Notes under the pieces: generated by a model | Told to the model about the DNA's origin: nothing | Seen by the model: only the letters and a program-made list of their open reading frames with translations | Database searches by the model: none | Shown: in pieces, positions 18,640 to 28,529 of the stretch | How positions within the stretch are numbered: position 1 is the stretch's first letter | Layout of the letters: each line of letters begins with the position of its first letter | Translations under genes and position numbers: made by a program | Virus record (IMG/VR): IMGVR_UViG_3300010162_000002 | Direction: 5' to 3' (one strand) | Origin: a virus | Length of the DNA stretch: 51,678 nucleotides

Positions 18640-19289
18640 TGGCAGAAGCAATAAGAACGATAGCGGGGGTAACCGCAAGCACATTCCAGCATCTGCAATT
18701 GGGGGCAGGGGCCCTAATCCGTGATTTTAACTATCAAGATATTGCCACCCCCGCAGAATTTACAAGTGCATTTAGAGATGCAATGCTTAACGGTCAATCA
18801 TTAGGCGGTACAAACGGCGGTATAAATATCAACGTAACGCCAACAATGCGGCGCATCGAAATTGACGGCGCAAATGTACCATTTAAGGGCGATAGCGTGA
18901 TCGATACTTGGGAATGTTTCATGGAAACGACCTTAAAGGAATTTACGCCGGAGATTTTAGGTGCAGCATTCCCCACTGGCGAGTTTATGCAGCCGGGGGA
19001 CGGCATCACGGCAATGCGAATTCGTACCGGCATCGGGCCGGATGATTACTGGAAGAATGCAACGTGGATTGCCACAACCCAATATGGCTATGTAATGGTT
19101 TCCATGCATAATGCCCTAGGCCGCACCACAGGCGCAATTTCAAGTGAAGACCAAGGCGAGGGGGACATTCCCTTCCGTGTGGATGGTCATATTGATGATT
19201 TTGAGGATATCGATTTTGCGCCGTGTGAAATTTGGTTTGTCGATGTCCATGGAGTTATCGACCGGGCGAATGTCGGTACAGGGGGGTAA
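18639..19289 (+). CDS. major tail (tube) protein
   Basis: 216 aa, immediately upstream of the frameshifted chaperone pair. Confidence 0.55.
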   Translation: MAEAIRTIAGVTASTFQHLQLGAGALIRDFNYQDIATPAEFTSAFRDAMLNGQSLGGTNGGININVTPTMRRIEIDGANVPFKGDSVIDTWECFMETTLKEFTPEILGAAFPTGEFMQPGDGITAMRIRTGIGPDDYWKNATWIATTQYGYVMVSMHNALGRTTGAISSEDQGEGDIPFRVDGHIDDFEDIDFAPCEIWFVDVHGVIDRANVGTGG

Positions 19290-19291
19290 TA

Positions 19292-19693
19292 GTGAAAAAG
19301 CTATCCGAATACGAAGCATTAGAGGGGCTAAAAGTTCTAGGGCAATTAACTAGAGCAATTGCCCCTTTTGCTAAAAATAAAGAGTTTATGGACAAATTAA
19401 GGGCTTGTTTTTCACAGCCGGAAGGCGATGACATGATGGCTCGCGGTGCGGCATTGATCGTAGATTTCATTGATCTGATAACCACGGACGCCCCAGAGTT
19501 ACTGATCGAACTTGTGGCTATAATGAGCGGAAAAGACAAAACCTCCATAACAAAAGCTAATCTCTTAGAGATCGTTGACGGTGCTATGGAGGTTTTTAAT
19601 GATGATAAACTAGTAAGTTTTTTATCCAAACGCTTTTCGTTGGGAGCGAGCGCACCGCAGTCTACCTTAATGACTGTCGCGGCCAATGCATAG
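19292..19693 (+). CDS. tail assembly chaperone (G-like)
   Basis: GTG at 19292, just after the upstream TAA. Acidic 133-aa protein with a slippery heptamer near its 3' end. Confidence 0.6.
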   Translation: MKKLSEYEALEGLKVLGQLTRAIAPFAKNKEFMDKLRACFSQPEGDDMMARGAALIVDFIDLITTDAPELLIELVAIMSGKDKTSITKANLLEIVDGAMEVFNDDKLVSFLSKRFSLGASAPQSTLMTVAANA

Positions 19694-19917
19694 ATGATAT
19701 GATCTTCTACTGTGCGTCAAGGCACAGTATGGATGTAGGTCGAGAGCAGCGAAAAGATTACGACAGCAATATGCTTTGGATGATAGCACAGCCAACCCGG
19801 AAGCAGCCAGAGAAATTACCTCGATTTGAATCGCAAAAAGTAACAAGCAAGATGCCAAAAAAGACGGCGAAGTCCATCATGGATGAACTTGTTGCTAGCT
19901 GGGAGAGGGTTTTGTGA
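19292..19917 (+). CDS. tail assembly chaperone G-T fusion product (via -1 frameshift at 19618-19624)
   Basis: The -1 frame continues ...FFIQTLFVGSERTAVYLND... into track ORF 19699..19917. This matches the conserved G/GT arrangement of long-tailed phages. Confidence 0.5.
19618..19624 (+). promoter_or_regulatory. -1 programmed ribosomal frameshift site T_TTT_TTA
   Basis: Zero-frame codons are AGT TTT TTA. The -1 frame is open from here to 19917 with no stop. Confidence 0.55.
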
Positions 19918-19947
19918 TCCGATTATTGTGTATTAAATATTGCAAAG

Positions 19948-19972
19948 AAAGCCGCTATCACTTAGCGGCTTT
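19948..19972. terminator. bidirectional hairpin terminator
   Basis: 9-bp stem AAAGCCGCT-atcactt-AGCGGCTTT, A-rich upstream and T-rich downstream. Confidence 0.6.
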
Positions 19973-20152
19973 TATCAATCGTGCGATAAATTCAGTTTTT
20001 GAAAGTTTGCCGCGCTTTTCGTCTAGCGCGGCTAGTTCGGAATCCGTTAGCTTTATCAAAACTTGATTATTTCTAGGCTTGTTGCCCTCCCAACGGGCGG
20101 CGGCGGCTTTCTTGGCTCTTTCGGTTGTGCTTAGCATGGCACAACCACACAA
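19958..20152 (-). CDS. ribbon-helix-helix (CopG/MobC-like) small DNA-binding protein
   Basis: VLIKLTDSELAALDEKRGKLSKTEFIARLI is a typical RHH strand-helix-helix pattern. Opposite strand to the tail operon. Confidence 0.55.
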   Translation of the reverse strand: MCGCAMLSTTERAKKAAAARWEGNKPRNNQVLIKLTDSELAALDEKRGKLSKTEFIARLIKAAK

Positions 20153-20553
20153 TCGTCAAGCAAATATTCACCATCTGCGCCGCGGTGTCCAAAATACCAT
20201 CCGCCGATTTTGATTTCGGTTTCTTCGTTCATATCGTACCACATTTCGTATACTGCCCTACGCCCTTCTACACCTTTGAGGGTAGATACGCCTTTTTCAA
20301 AATCTCCGCTGGCATGATTTCTGCTTACACCGATTTCGGGGATTGCACCAAAGCGGGTTGTTTCAATGTATTCTGGCATGTCATTTGCAACGCCAGCCAT
20401 AAACCAACGATAAGACGAGCGATTATCTGTAAGTGCAAGCGTTTCACAGTCCGAACACATGCAATGTTGTATTTCAAAAATATCATTGCTATATTTTTCA
20501 GCGTGTGCGCGTCCTGCGTCAAACCATTTTTGCTGTCTTTTTGTTAGCGTCAT
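20131..20553 (-). CDS. hypothetical protein (140 aa), upstream partner of the RHH gene
   Basis: ggggagg RBS. Overlaps the downstream RHH ORF. No motif recognised. Confidence 0.55.
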   Translation of the reverse strand: MTLTKRQQKWFDAGRAHAEKYSNDIFEIQHCMCSDCETLALTDNRSSYRWFMAGVANDMPEYIETTRFGAIPEIGVSRNHASGDFEKGVSTLKGVEGRRAVYEMWYDMNEETEIKIGGWYFGHRGADGEYLLDDCVVVPC

Positions 20554-20603
20554 TTTAATGACCTCCCCATTTTGTGGTTGCCGCCTGTCAACCTTATAGG
20601 CAT

Positions 20604-20632
20604 AGTATATACTATGCTTAATTACTTGTCAA
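20604..20632 (-). promoter_or_regulatory. sigma-70 promoter TTGACA-17-TATACT (minus strand) overlapping a perfect 16-bp palindrome
   Basis: Reverse complement of 20627-20632 is TTGACA and of 20604-20609 is TATACT. Palindrome CATAGTATATACTATG at 20601-20616. Confidence 0.55.
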
Positions 20633-20680
20633 TACTTTTTTGAAATTAATTTCAGATTTTCTATACATACCCGAAAGGCG

Positions 20681-23600
20681 GTGGCAGCAATTAACCTATT
20701 TAGCATTTTCGTAAGAATAGCGTTGGATTCGCAAGAATTTGAACGCGGCATAAACCAAGCCACTGAGAAAGGGCGCGGCTTTGCGAAAGTCATTAGCGGG
20801 ACTGCAAAATTTGTTATAGGAGCCGCTACCACCATGGGCATAGCAATTACCACAGTCGGCTTTGCATCCGCAAGAGCTGGTCGCGATGTTGACGCTTCCA
20901 TGGGAGGCATTAGAGCACAAACAAAAATGACTGCCGAAGATGCGGAGCTGCTACGCAAAGAGTGGCACAGGTGGTCAAAAGACGGTGGCCCGGATATTAG
21001 GGAAATCGCCGCAGCGTATGCAGATGTTGCCATCGCAAACCATTCAGTGGAGGATGCACTCGCATTAACATCTGCCGCAATACTGCACTCCGAGGCGAAG
21101 GGAACAAGCCTAGCCGCATCACTTGATTTTCTGAGCTCATATTTTTTGAAAACGGGAAAGAGCGCAAGTTACGGTGAAAAATATGTCGATTTATTCGCCG
21201 TGGCATCGCAGAATACCCAGATAGGGCTTTCAAGCCTGCAAAATTATCTCTTCCGCATGACCCCAGCTTTCCAGCAATTTGGAGCAGCAAGCGAATCAAA
21301 CATCGCAATTTTATCGCATATGTACAGTGTCGGCATACAAGGCGCGAACCTGTATTCCGGCATGGGCACGATTATGATGGACTTCGCAACGGCGGGCGAT
21401 ATTTCTGCTGCGGCTATCAATAGATTTAATGTAATAACAGAAGATGCTAACGGCAATTTACTTAGCAATGAAGAGATATTGTTTAACACCGCAAAGGCTA
21501 TGCATGCCTATAGTGATCAGATAGAGGTCGCACGATTTGTCACTGGCAATATGAATCAAACTCAGCAAGCGGCATGGTTTGAATTTATGCGGCAGGCCGA
21601 AGTAATACAAAATGAAGTCATTCCAAGCTTTGACCAATATGGTGTAGCCGCCGAAATGGCAGCAAAGCGCATTGATCCTGTGCAGCGCGGAATCAATTCA
21701 ATACAGGGGGCATTCACATACCTAAAGGATACTGTCTGGGATTTTATTCGCGTTCCTGTTGGCGAAGCTTTCGAGGGCATTGCAAATAAAATGTCCGGAC
21801 TTGCGACCACTTTTGCGCCACTTCTTGGTGATGCGGTTGGTGGATTGGTGGGGATTCTTACCGGCGCAGAGGGCGCAAGTGACAGCTTTGCAGAAGCTGT
21901 CGGAAATATCGCAGAAAAAATTAACGAAGTATTGCCGCGATTCGTTGGAGTTGGGGCAGAAATATTACTCAATTTAATCAATGGCATTGTTATGGCCCTG
22001 CCAACACTGATTGATGGGGTAATGAAAATCATACCTACAATTTTAGAAGCTATTATGAGCATGTTGCCAGAATTATTTCAAGCCGGAATTGATGCATTAT
22101 TGGCCTTTGTAAATGGCATATCGGCTGCATTGCCTGAATTGATACCAATAGCTATTGAGGCAACATTACAACTGGTGCAGGGGTTAATTGACAGTCTTCC
22201 TATGGTTCTTGATGCTGCACTATTGCTAATTGAGGGATTGGCACAAGGGCTATTGGGCGCAATGCCAGTATTAATCGCTGCATTGCCATATATCATAGTA
22301 GGCATTGTTGATTTTCTATCCTCTTCTATACCAATGATTGTTGACACAGGAATAACTTTGTTTATGGCACTCATTGAGGCAATGCCGGAAATAATTGGCG
22401 GCATTATTGATGCAATTCCTCAAATAATAACTGGGATAATAGATACCTTGATGAATAGTGTCCCTGCGCTTGCAAAGGCTGGACTTAGGTTACTAGTTGC
22501 TATAGTGCATGATATTCCTATCGCAATAGGCGAAGCGATTATTGCAATTGCTGGTTTAGTCATGTCTATGATACGGTCGCTTATTGATGAATTGCCCCGG
22601 TTCATTCAAGCCGGGCGCGATTTAATTCAAGGAATAATCTCCGGCATGGCTGGCAAAGCAAGTGCCGCCGTTGATGCAGCTAGAAATGTCGCACAACGAA
22701 TATGGAATGGTATTCGCGACTTCTTCAGATTTGGATCTTCTCCATCAAAAATGGAGGAAGTTGGCAATAGGATTGGAGCTGACTTAGCGGGCGGCATATC
22801 GGATGGTGTTACAGATGCGAAGTCTGATACAATAATAACAATTGCTGATTTGGCTAATGCGGCCATGAATGCGGCGGGCTCTACTTTAGAGCAATACTTA
22901 GGAATCGGATATAATAAGATTGTTAATATGGCAAATGGCATACAAAGAGGTAGTGGGCATGCCATAAATGCTGCAAAAAATGTAGCAAATGCAATTGATG
23001 GTGTATTGGGATATGGCACAGCGTCAGCGCGATTTGAAAGAGAAGTAGGCGCGGCAATTCCAACGGGCACAGCTAGAGGAATTAGAGGTGCATCCGGGCA
23101 AGCAGTGCAAGCAGCAGAGGAAATGTCAAAAGATACACTATCCGGTGCGCGACACTGGATTGAAGTATACCGGCTTGAAGCTGGATTCTTGATAACCGAA
23201 GAATTAAAAATGTGGGAGCACTTGACCACCAAGTACGAATGGGGTACTCGTGAACGTATTGAGGTTGACAGGAATGTAGCCAGAATACGGCAACAATTAC
23301 TAGATGATCAAGATACGGCACAACGCGAATTCATGGCAAAACATGAACAATTAACAGACAAAAAAATAGCCGCAGAGCAAAGATATACAAATCAGTTGGA
23401 GCGAACAACACAAGCATTTTTTAACCAATTTAGATTATTCCAAGGAATAGGAAGCCCAGAAGAACAACGCGCAAATGCAGCAGAGGCAGCCGGACAACGC
23501 ATTACTCGAATAGAAGAGCAATTACAGCAAACTCGCGAACGTAGACAACAGATAAATGAGCGTTTAGCAGAAGAAGAGCGGCGAATACTAGACCAAGAAG

Positions 23601-24634
23601 TAGTTAATACAGAGCAATTACAGCGTGTTCGCCAAAATGCAACTCGCGATCTTGAGCGATTAGCACAAGATGAGATGCGAATAAGAGAAGAATTGACACA
23701 AGCGAACGAAGCCCATGGAGAAGCCGAGATATATGCCTCAAAATCACAGGGCGAATTGATGATTGCCAATGCACGTGAGCAACTCGAAAAGGCGCGAGAT
23801 TTTGCATATAATCTAGCGGCATTAGCTGCACAGGGCATTGACGATATGATGCTAGGACAAAAGACGCGTGAGCAAATAGCAGTCATGGCAAGCATGACAG
23901 AAGAAGAGCTGCAAGAACTGGCTCAAATTTGGGATGAAGGAATGACTTTAGCCAGTGAATTGGCTATTAATGAGTTACAGGAATTGCGCGAAGAAACGAC
24001 CTTAGAAGTTCAAGGATTAATGCATGACCTTGAGGCACTAAGCGCGGGTTATGGCGCAGATGCAGGTAAGGATTGGGTTAGCGGTGTTGCGTCTGCTATC
24101 AGATCAAATGCCAGCCAAATACAGTCCGCAGTTGGTGACTCTATTGGCGATACGGCATTGCCGTTACTAGGTTTTGCACCGATAGGCGGCCTAGGACAAC
24201 AGGTTGAAATGTTCACAGAAACTTTTGAAGAAATCCACGAGAACGTCACAACTGCTCTGGACAATATGTCCAGGGTAGCATATGGCATAATTCGCAGAAT
24301 GACTAGCGCGATGCACTCGCGCTTGGTCCTTGACGGCCGTCAAATAGGCCGCAATTTCTTCGAGGCATTAGGGCAAGGGCTGATTGATATTGAGGCCAGC
24401 CTACTGTCTCGCGCATGGGCTACGGCTGACGCAATCCGGGACGCTTTCAACAATAACCGGTCAAGCTTCAATGCATGGGGCGCAAGCGCATCTGTCGGGA
24501 TGTCGGAAACTATTAAAAGTGGCGATACCTATATTACGCACAACTATAACATCAGTGGTGACTCACAAGCAGGCAGGACAGCGCACGCTATATATAAAAG
24601 ACAACAGCGAGCGGACTGGGGGTATTCCGGATGA
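20681..24634 (+). CDS. tail tape measure protein (1317 aa)
   Basis: Size, TP901-type N-terminal region, long hydrophobic Ala/Ile/Gly repeats and coiled coils. Located after the chaperone pair. Confidence 0.9.
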   Translation: MAAINLFSIFVRIALDSQEFERGINQATEKGRGFAKVISGTAKFVIGAATTMGIAITTVGFASARAGRDVDASMGGIRAQTKMTAEDAELLRKEWHRWSKDGGPDIREIAAAYADVAIANHSVEDALALTSAAILHSEAKGTSLAASLDFLSSYFLKTGKSASYGEKYVDLFAVASQNTQIGLSSLQNYLFRMTPAFQQFGAASESNIAILSHMYSVGIQGANLYSGMGTIMMDFATAGDISAAAINRFNVITEDANGNLLSNEEILFNTAKAMHAYSDQIEVARFVTGNMNQTQQAAWFEFMRQAEVIQNEVIPSFDQYGVAAEMAAKRIDPVQRGINSIQGAFTYLKDTVWDFIRVPVGEAFEGIANKMSGLATTFAPLLGDAVGGLVGILTGAEGASDSFAEAVGNIAEKINEVLPRFVGVGAEILLNLINGIVMALPTLIDGVMKIIPTILEAIMSMLPELFQAGIDALLAFVNGISAALPELIPIAIEATLQLVQGLIDSLPMVLDAALLLIEGLAQGLLGAMPVLIAALPYIIVGIVDFLSSSIPMIVDTGITLFMALIEAMPEIIGGIIDAIPQIITGIIDTLMNSVPALAKAGLRLLVAIVHDIPIAIGEAIIAIAGLVMSMIRSLIDELPRFIQAGRDLIQGIISGMAGKASAAVDAARNVAQRIWNGIRDFFRFGSSPSKMEEVGNRIGADLAGGISDGVTDAKSDTIITIADLANAAMNAAGSTLEQYLGIGYNKIVNMANGIQRGSGHAINAAKNVANAIDGVLGYGTASARFEREVGAAIPTGTARGIRGASGQAVQAAEEMSKDTLSGARHWIEVYRLEAGFLITEELKMWEHLTTKYEWGTRERIEVDRNVARIRQQLLDDQDTAQREFMAKHEQLTDKKIAAEQRYTNQLERTTQAFFNQFRLFQGIGSPEEQRANAAEAAGQRITRIEEQLQQTRERRQQINERLAEEERRILDQEVVNTEQLQRVRQNATRDLERLAQDEMRIREELTQANEAHGEAEIYASKSQGELMIANAREQLEKARDFAYNLAALAAQGIDDMMLGQKTREQIAVMASMTEEELQELAQIWDEGMTLASELAINELQELREETTLEVQGLMHDLEALSAGYGADAGKDWVSGVASAIRSNASQIQSAVGDSIGDTALPLLGFAPIGGLGQQVEMFTETFEEIHENVTTALDNMSRVAYGIIRRMTSAMHSRLVLDGRQIGRNFFEALGQGLIDIEASLLSRAWATADAIRDAFNNNRSSFNAWGASASVGMSETIKSGDTYITHNYNISGDSQAGRTAHAIYKRQQRADWGYSG

Positions 24635-25512
24635 TAATGACCCCACACGTTACACTAACCTATACGAATAGTGCAGGGCAAAGTATGGGTTTTAATTACT
24701 TTTCGTCATATATCTGCAATCGCAGTGAAGGAATTGTCCCAAACCAAGTGCACCTGTCAAAGCAACCTGGCGTACACGGACATCGCACAACAGGCATGTC
24801 GCTGGACTCAAGGCAAAAGACATTAGGTGGAGAAGTTCGGCAGGGAATATCTCTTGCGGTCGCAGAAAGAACACTTCACACGATTTTCAACCCTACGCTA
24901 GGTGGAGTCCTTAGGTATCAGCATAGCCAAGAGGGTGCGGACACATGGATTTCTTGCAAATTAAATGAATTTCCGCAAGTCTATTGGCGACAAGGGCGGT
25001 TGAGATTTGATATCGACCTGGTTTGTCCTGACCCATTCTGGAAAGGACAGTCAGTCAGGGAAATTATTGCCGTTACGCGAAAAATGTTCACATTTCCAAT
25101 GAAAATACCCAAAAAAGGTGTAGTTTTTGGATTGCGCAGGGCAACACTCGAATCAACGTTCGAAAACAAGGGCAATGTCGAAGGCGATTTCATTGCTACA
25201 ATCCGTGCGAGAAATGGCACAGTAACTAATCCAGAGATAATCACAGCACTTACTGGTGAAAGAGTGCGAATACTATACACAATGCGCCCGGACGATGTAA
25301 TTACAATAATCTCGTCACTACAAGAGCGAACAGTATTATTAAACGGCGCAAATGCGCTACACTTGCTGGATGTTGATGTGTCACAATTCTTCAGAATTGC
25401 CGTTGGCACTAATGTGATCCGATATTCGGCAGATGAAAATGTGTCAAACATATTCATGCACGTGGATTACATCCCCAATTACACTTTTGCACTTGGAGGG
25501 GGTATAGCGTGA
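24631..25512 (+). CDS. distal tail protein (Dit-like)
   Basis: ATGA overlap with the tape measure gene stop; 293 aa. Called on position. Confidence 0.6.
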   Translation: MIMTPHVTLTYTNSAGQSMGFNYFSSYICNRSEGIVPNQVHLSKQPGVHGHRTTGMSLDSRQKTLGGEVRQGISLAVAERTLHTIFNPTLGGVLRYQHSQEGADTWISCKLNEFPQVYWRQGRLRFDIDLVCPDPFWKGQSVREIIAVTRKMFTFPMKIPKKGVVFGLRRATLESTFENKGNVEGDFIATIRARNGTVTNPEIITALTGERVRILYTMRPDDVITIISSLQERTVLLNGANALHLLDVDVSQFFRIAVGTNVIRYSADENVSNIFMHVDYIPNYTFALGGGIA

Positions 25513-26489
25513 TAGATGTTGATAGGATAGAGATATATAAGGATTTTGAATTGATAGATTTAAGCTCGACATACGATCGCCTCCAATGGACTCGCAGTTT
25601 CACAAGGGCCGGTAGTTTTAGAATGGAGATGCCGTTCACGGTGGAGGCATTGGGGATATTCGCTGAAGGTAATATAATTTACAAAAGAGATGTAGACGAG
25701 GCCGCATTCATCGAACGCCGATTCGTAGTGCATACGATGGAGCAAAAATTAATTCTAATCGCGGAAGGGCGACACTTGTCATGCTTGCTAGATTGGCGAA
25801 TCTTCAGCCTGACCGAGGAAAATATACAGTTGAGAGCGGTTTTTGACCACATTATTAATACCGGATTTACTGTCGCAGCCGGAAGTCGGCGTTCGCTCGC
25901 GCCACAATTTCGATTTATGCCGTATGAAATTCCTGATATTCTTGTTTCCGTAAATCATAGAGCCGCCAATTCGGCTACTGTGATATTTAATCTGTGCGAA
26001 GAACGCAATATCGGCGTTAAAATCCGATATAACAGGAAGGAAAAAACATTTGACTTGCATTTTTCCACGCCAACAGAAACGAACGTAGTGTTTTCAAAAG
26101 AATTTTTGAATGTCTTGGAGCAGGACTATATTGACGATGTTGAGCGATACAGGAATGTTGTATATGTTGGCGAATCATTCATCCATGGTGACAATGTGTT
26201 TACTGGGTGGGATCGCCGCGAAATATCAATAGGCGAACTGCGCGAAGGACAGACTGCTACACAGGCCGCGCAAAATATTTTACGGCAAAATTCAAAAGTT
26301 AAAAGGTTGTCCAGCACGGTAGATCCTTTGCATCAGCAATTTCCATATTTAAAAGCTTGGACACTAGGCAGTATCGTGACTTCGCATAGTCGGGAATTGG
26401 GGATAAATCAGCGTGAAGTCGTTACGGAAATACAAGAAATATATGACAGAGAAGGCAAGAGCGTAATTGTTAATATGAATAATATCTGA
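25509..26489 (+). CDS. tail-associated / baseplate protein (Sipho_Gp37-like)
   Basis: Overlapping start, 326 aa. The N-terminal pattern resembles Gp37-like siphovirus tail proteins. Confidence 0.45.
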   Translation: MIDVDRIEIYKDFELIDLSSTYDRLQWTRSFTRAGSFRMEMPFTVEALGIFAEGNIIYKRDVDEAAFIERRFVVHTMEQKLILIAEGRHLSCLLDWRIFSLTEENIQLRAVFDHIINTGFTVAAGSRRSLAPQFRFMPYEIPDILVSVNHRAANSATVIFNLCEERNIGVKIRYNRKEKTFDLHFSTPTETNVVFSKEFLNVLEQDYIDDVERYRNVVYVGESFIHGDNVFTGWDRREISIGELREGQTATQAAQNILRQNSKVKRLSSTVDPLHQQFPYLKAWTLGSIVTSHSRELGINQREVVTEIQEIYDREGKSVIVNMNNI

Positions 26490-26506
26490 CAGGGTGGTGA
26501 GGCGCA

Positions 26507-27517
26507 TTGGAACAAGTAATAGGTGACCCAAATAACATGCTATCATTCCCATTCAATGCGGAAGAAGACGAATTCGGGGAGCCAGACCGGACATATGATG
26601 CAAGTTATTTTATGGATAATCAGTCACTATTTTTAGTTAACGGTGTCTATCCAAAACCCCCGGAGCACATGCGCATAAAAACGCTACAATCTCGTGCAAT
26701 CGGGGGAATGGTGGTTACACTGGAATCAGGTGCAGGCTTTGTGAATGGTGCAACTTTTGTACTGTTTCAGGATGAAGATTTTGCCATAGATGAATCGCAT
26801 TTAACCCTGGCGCGACGCGACTCCATTGTTTTGAGATTGGATAAAATCGCAAGAACTCTTGCGCCGCATTATGTGCCGGGAACACCTTCATTAAATCCGA
26901 CGCGCTCCACATTGGCGCGGACGGACGACAGATGGGAATTATTGTTATGTGAAATAACAATACCAGCCAATGCCCAGCAAGTAACACAGGCGAATATATT
27001 AGACACCAGGCCAAGCACTGAATTATGCGGATTTGTAACTGGTAGGCCCATAAGTGTTGACACGGAAGATATATTTCTTCAATACGAAACATTTTTAAAC
27101 GAGCAAATAGCCATGTGGAAAGCGCGTCATGGCCAGCAGGCGGTCGATTGGCAAGAACAGATGACGCAGCAGCAAGCGGATTTTAACGCAAGGTACATCA
27201 AGGTTCGCGATTTAATAGGGATGCTTGAGACTCAAACCTTCGATATAGTAAACCACGATTTTGACGCAGACTGGAACAAGCGCGGTTGCATATATCAGCG
27301 CGACGCAGACAACTTCTTCCGCGAAACATGGACTGTAACAGCCACGGACATGCTGCTAGCGGAACGCACAACAACATTCGATAATGGATTAATGCAAATA
27401 CACACAAAATTCTACCCATGGGAAATGGTTGAGGGAAATACCACAGTTAAAACCCTTGCATGGGAGCAAACAAGAAACTTACTTGATTGGGCAACCATGA
27501 AGTGGGAGGTGGTTTAG
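26507..27517 (+). CDS. tail/baseplate structural protein (hypothetical)
   Basis: Called on position only; TTG start. Confidence 0.4.
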   Translation: MEQVIGDPNNMLSFPFNAEEDEFGEPDRTYDASYFMDNQSLFLVNGVYPKPPEHMRIKTLQSRAIGGMVVTLESGAGFVNGATFVLFQDEDFAIDESHLTLARRDSIVLRLDKIARTLAPHYVPGTPSLNPTRSTLARTDDRWELLLCEITIPANAQQVTQANILDTRPSTELCGFVTGRPISVDTEDIFLQYETFLNEQIAMWKARHGQQAVDWQEQMTQQQADFNARYIKVRDLIGMLETQTFDIVNHDFDADWNKRGCIYQRDADNFFRETWTVTATDMLLAERTTTFDNGLMQIHTKFYPWEMVEGNTTVKTLAWEQTRNLLDWATMKWEVV

Positions 27518-27518
27518 G

Positions 27519-28520
27519 ATGTCTGAAGCGTATATAGCAAAATTTGTAAATGATGAAATACTAACTTTAGGGGGAGATGCCCCTGCATTGAATAGACGAA
27601 CATATAGAACCGAAGTATATGAATTGATTATTGGGGGAACAGGTGTCGACAATGTGATAGAATCGACCCTTTCTGTTACTGGAAGAGGTGTTTTTAACGG
27701 GTTATCCGCAATAGGATCAAGGACGCGTCAAGAGATGCGAGGATTTACCGTTGATGTTTTTGTGGATGGCGTCCCGACTGCTACTGCGACCTCCCTAAAT
27801 ACGGGGACCACTCAAGAGCGGCTGCACGGTGTGAATCAGATGCGTAGATTATCTCCGGGCGGCCTCCATTGGTTATGGACGGTTGTTGAGACTGAGGGGT
27901 TAACTCCAGGGATACCATTTGTAAACAATTTGAATATTGTAATACGGCGATCAACAATAGAACCAACGCCAATTCTAACTTTTGCGGCACATCTTTTTTT
28001 AGATACGATGGCTACTGGGAGTGTAGTCAATCAAAACAGTAGACATAGAAGACTTCTGTTCACCACAGGAACAGGAGCTACTGTCACAATTAATGATAAT
28101 ATTTTAGGTAACACAGCGACAATACATGCTATCGGGATGGGTGGGGAAGGAGCACGAAGTAATTATCCAACAGCAAATATGGGTTCTAGCGGTGGGGCGG
28201 GCCATAATGGGGAAATGCGCATTGATCGTATCCCACTCAAAAGAGGAGATATTGTGTCGGTTGTGCTTGGCACCGATCTAACTCACACAACAATAGATGT
28301 TACGAGCGCACCAAGAATAACCTTGCGGAGAGGGGCGCCTGGTTTCGGAACCTTCTCCCAAAATACTATGATGTTGCCAACGACACCTGAGCCATCCCAT
28401 ATATTTGAGGGTCGAGGTCGCGGGGGCGCTGGTGGATTTTCTCCAGCAGGAACACACGCGCGGGCTAATGGTGGCACGGGGACGATGGGTCGCGTGGTAC
28501 TCGATTACGAGATAGAATAA
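27519..28520 (+). CDS. tail fibre-like protein with a Gly-rich C-terminus
   Basis: Contains GMGGEGARS...GSSGGAGHNG...GRGRGGAGGFSPAG...GGTGTMG. Confidence 0.5.
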   Translation: MSEAYIAKFVNDEILTLGGDAPALNRRTYRTEVYELIIGGTGVDNVIESTLSVTGRGVFNGLSAIGSRTRQEMRGFTVDVFVDGVPTATATSLNTGTTQERLHGVNQMRRLSPGGLHWLWTVVETEGLTPGIPFVNNLNIVIRRSTIEPTPILTFAAHLFLDTMATGSVVNQNSRHRRLLFTTGTGATVTINDNILGNTATIHAIGMGGEGARSNYPTANMGSSGGAGHNGEMRIDRIPLKRGDIVSVVLGTDLTHTTIDVTSAPRITLRRGAPGFGTFSQNTMMLPTTPEPSHIFEGRGRGGAGGFSPAGTHARANGGTGTMGRVVLDYEIE

Positions 28521-28529
28521 GGAGTAAAA

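Noticed and set aside
21562-23895. Long minus-strand ORFs (21562-22062, 22078-22404, 22627-23232, 23392-23895) inside the tape measure gene
   Set aside because: They are antisense shadows of a 1317-aa gene with repetitive Ala/Ile/Gly codons. They have low-complexity Ala/Ser/Pro/Ile compositions and no RBS, and they conflict with a well-supported plus-strand gene.
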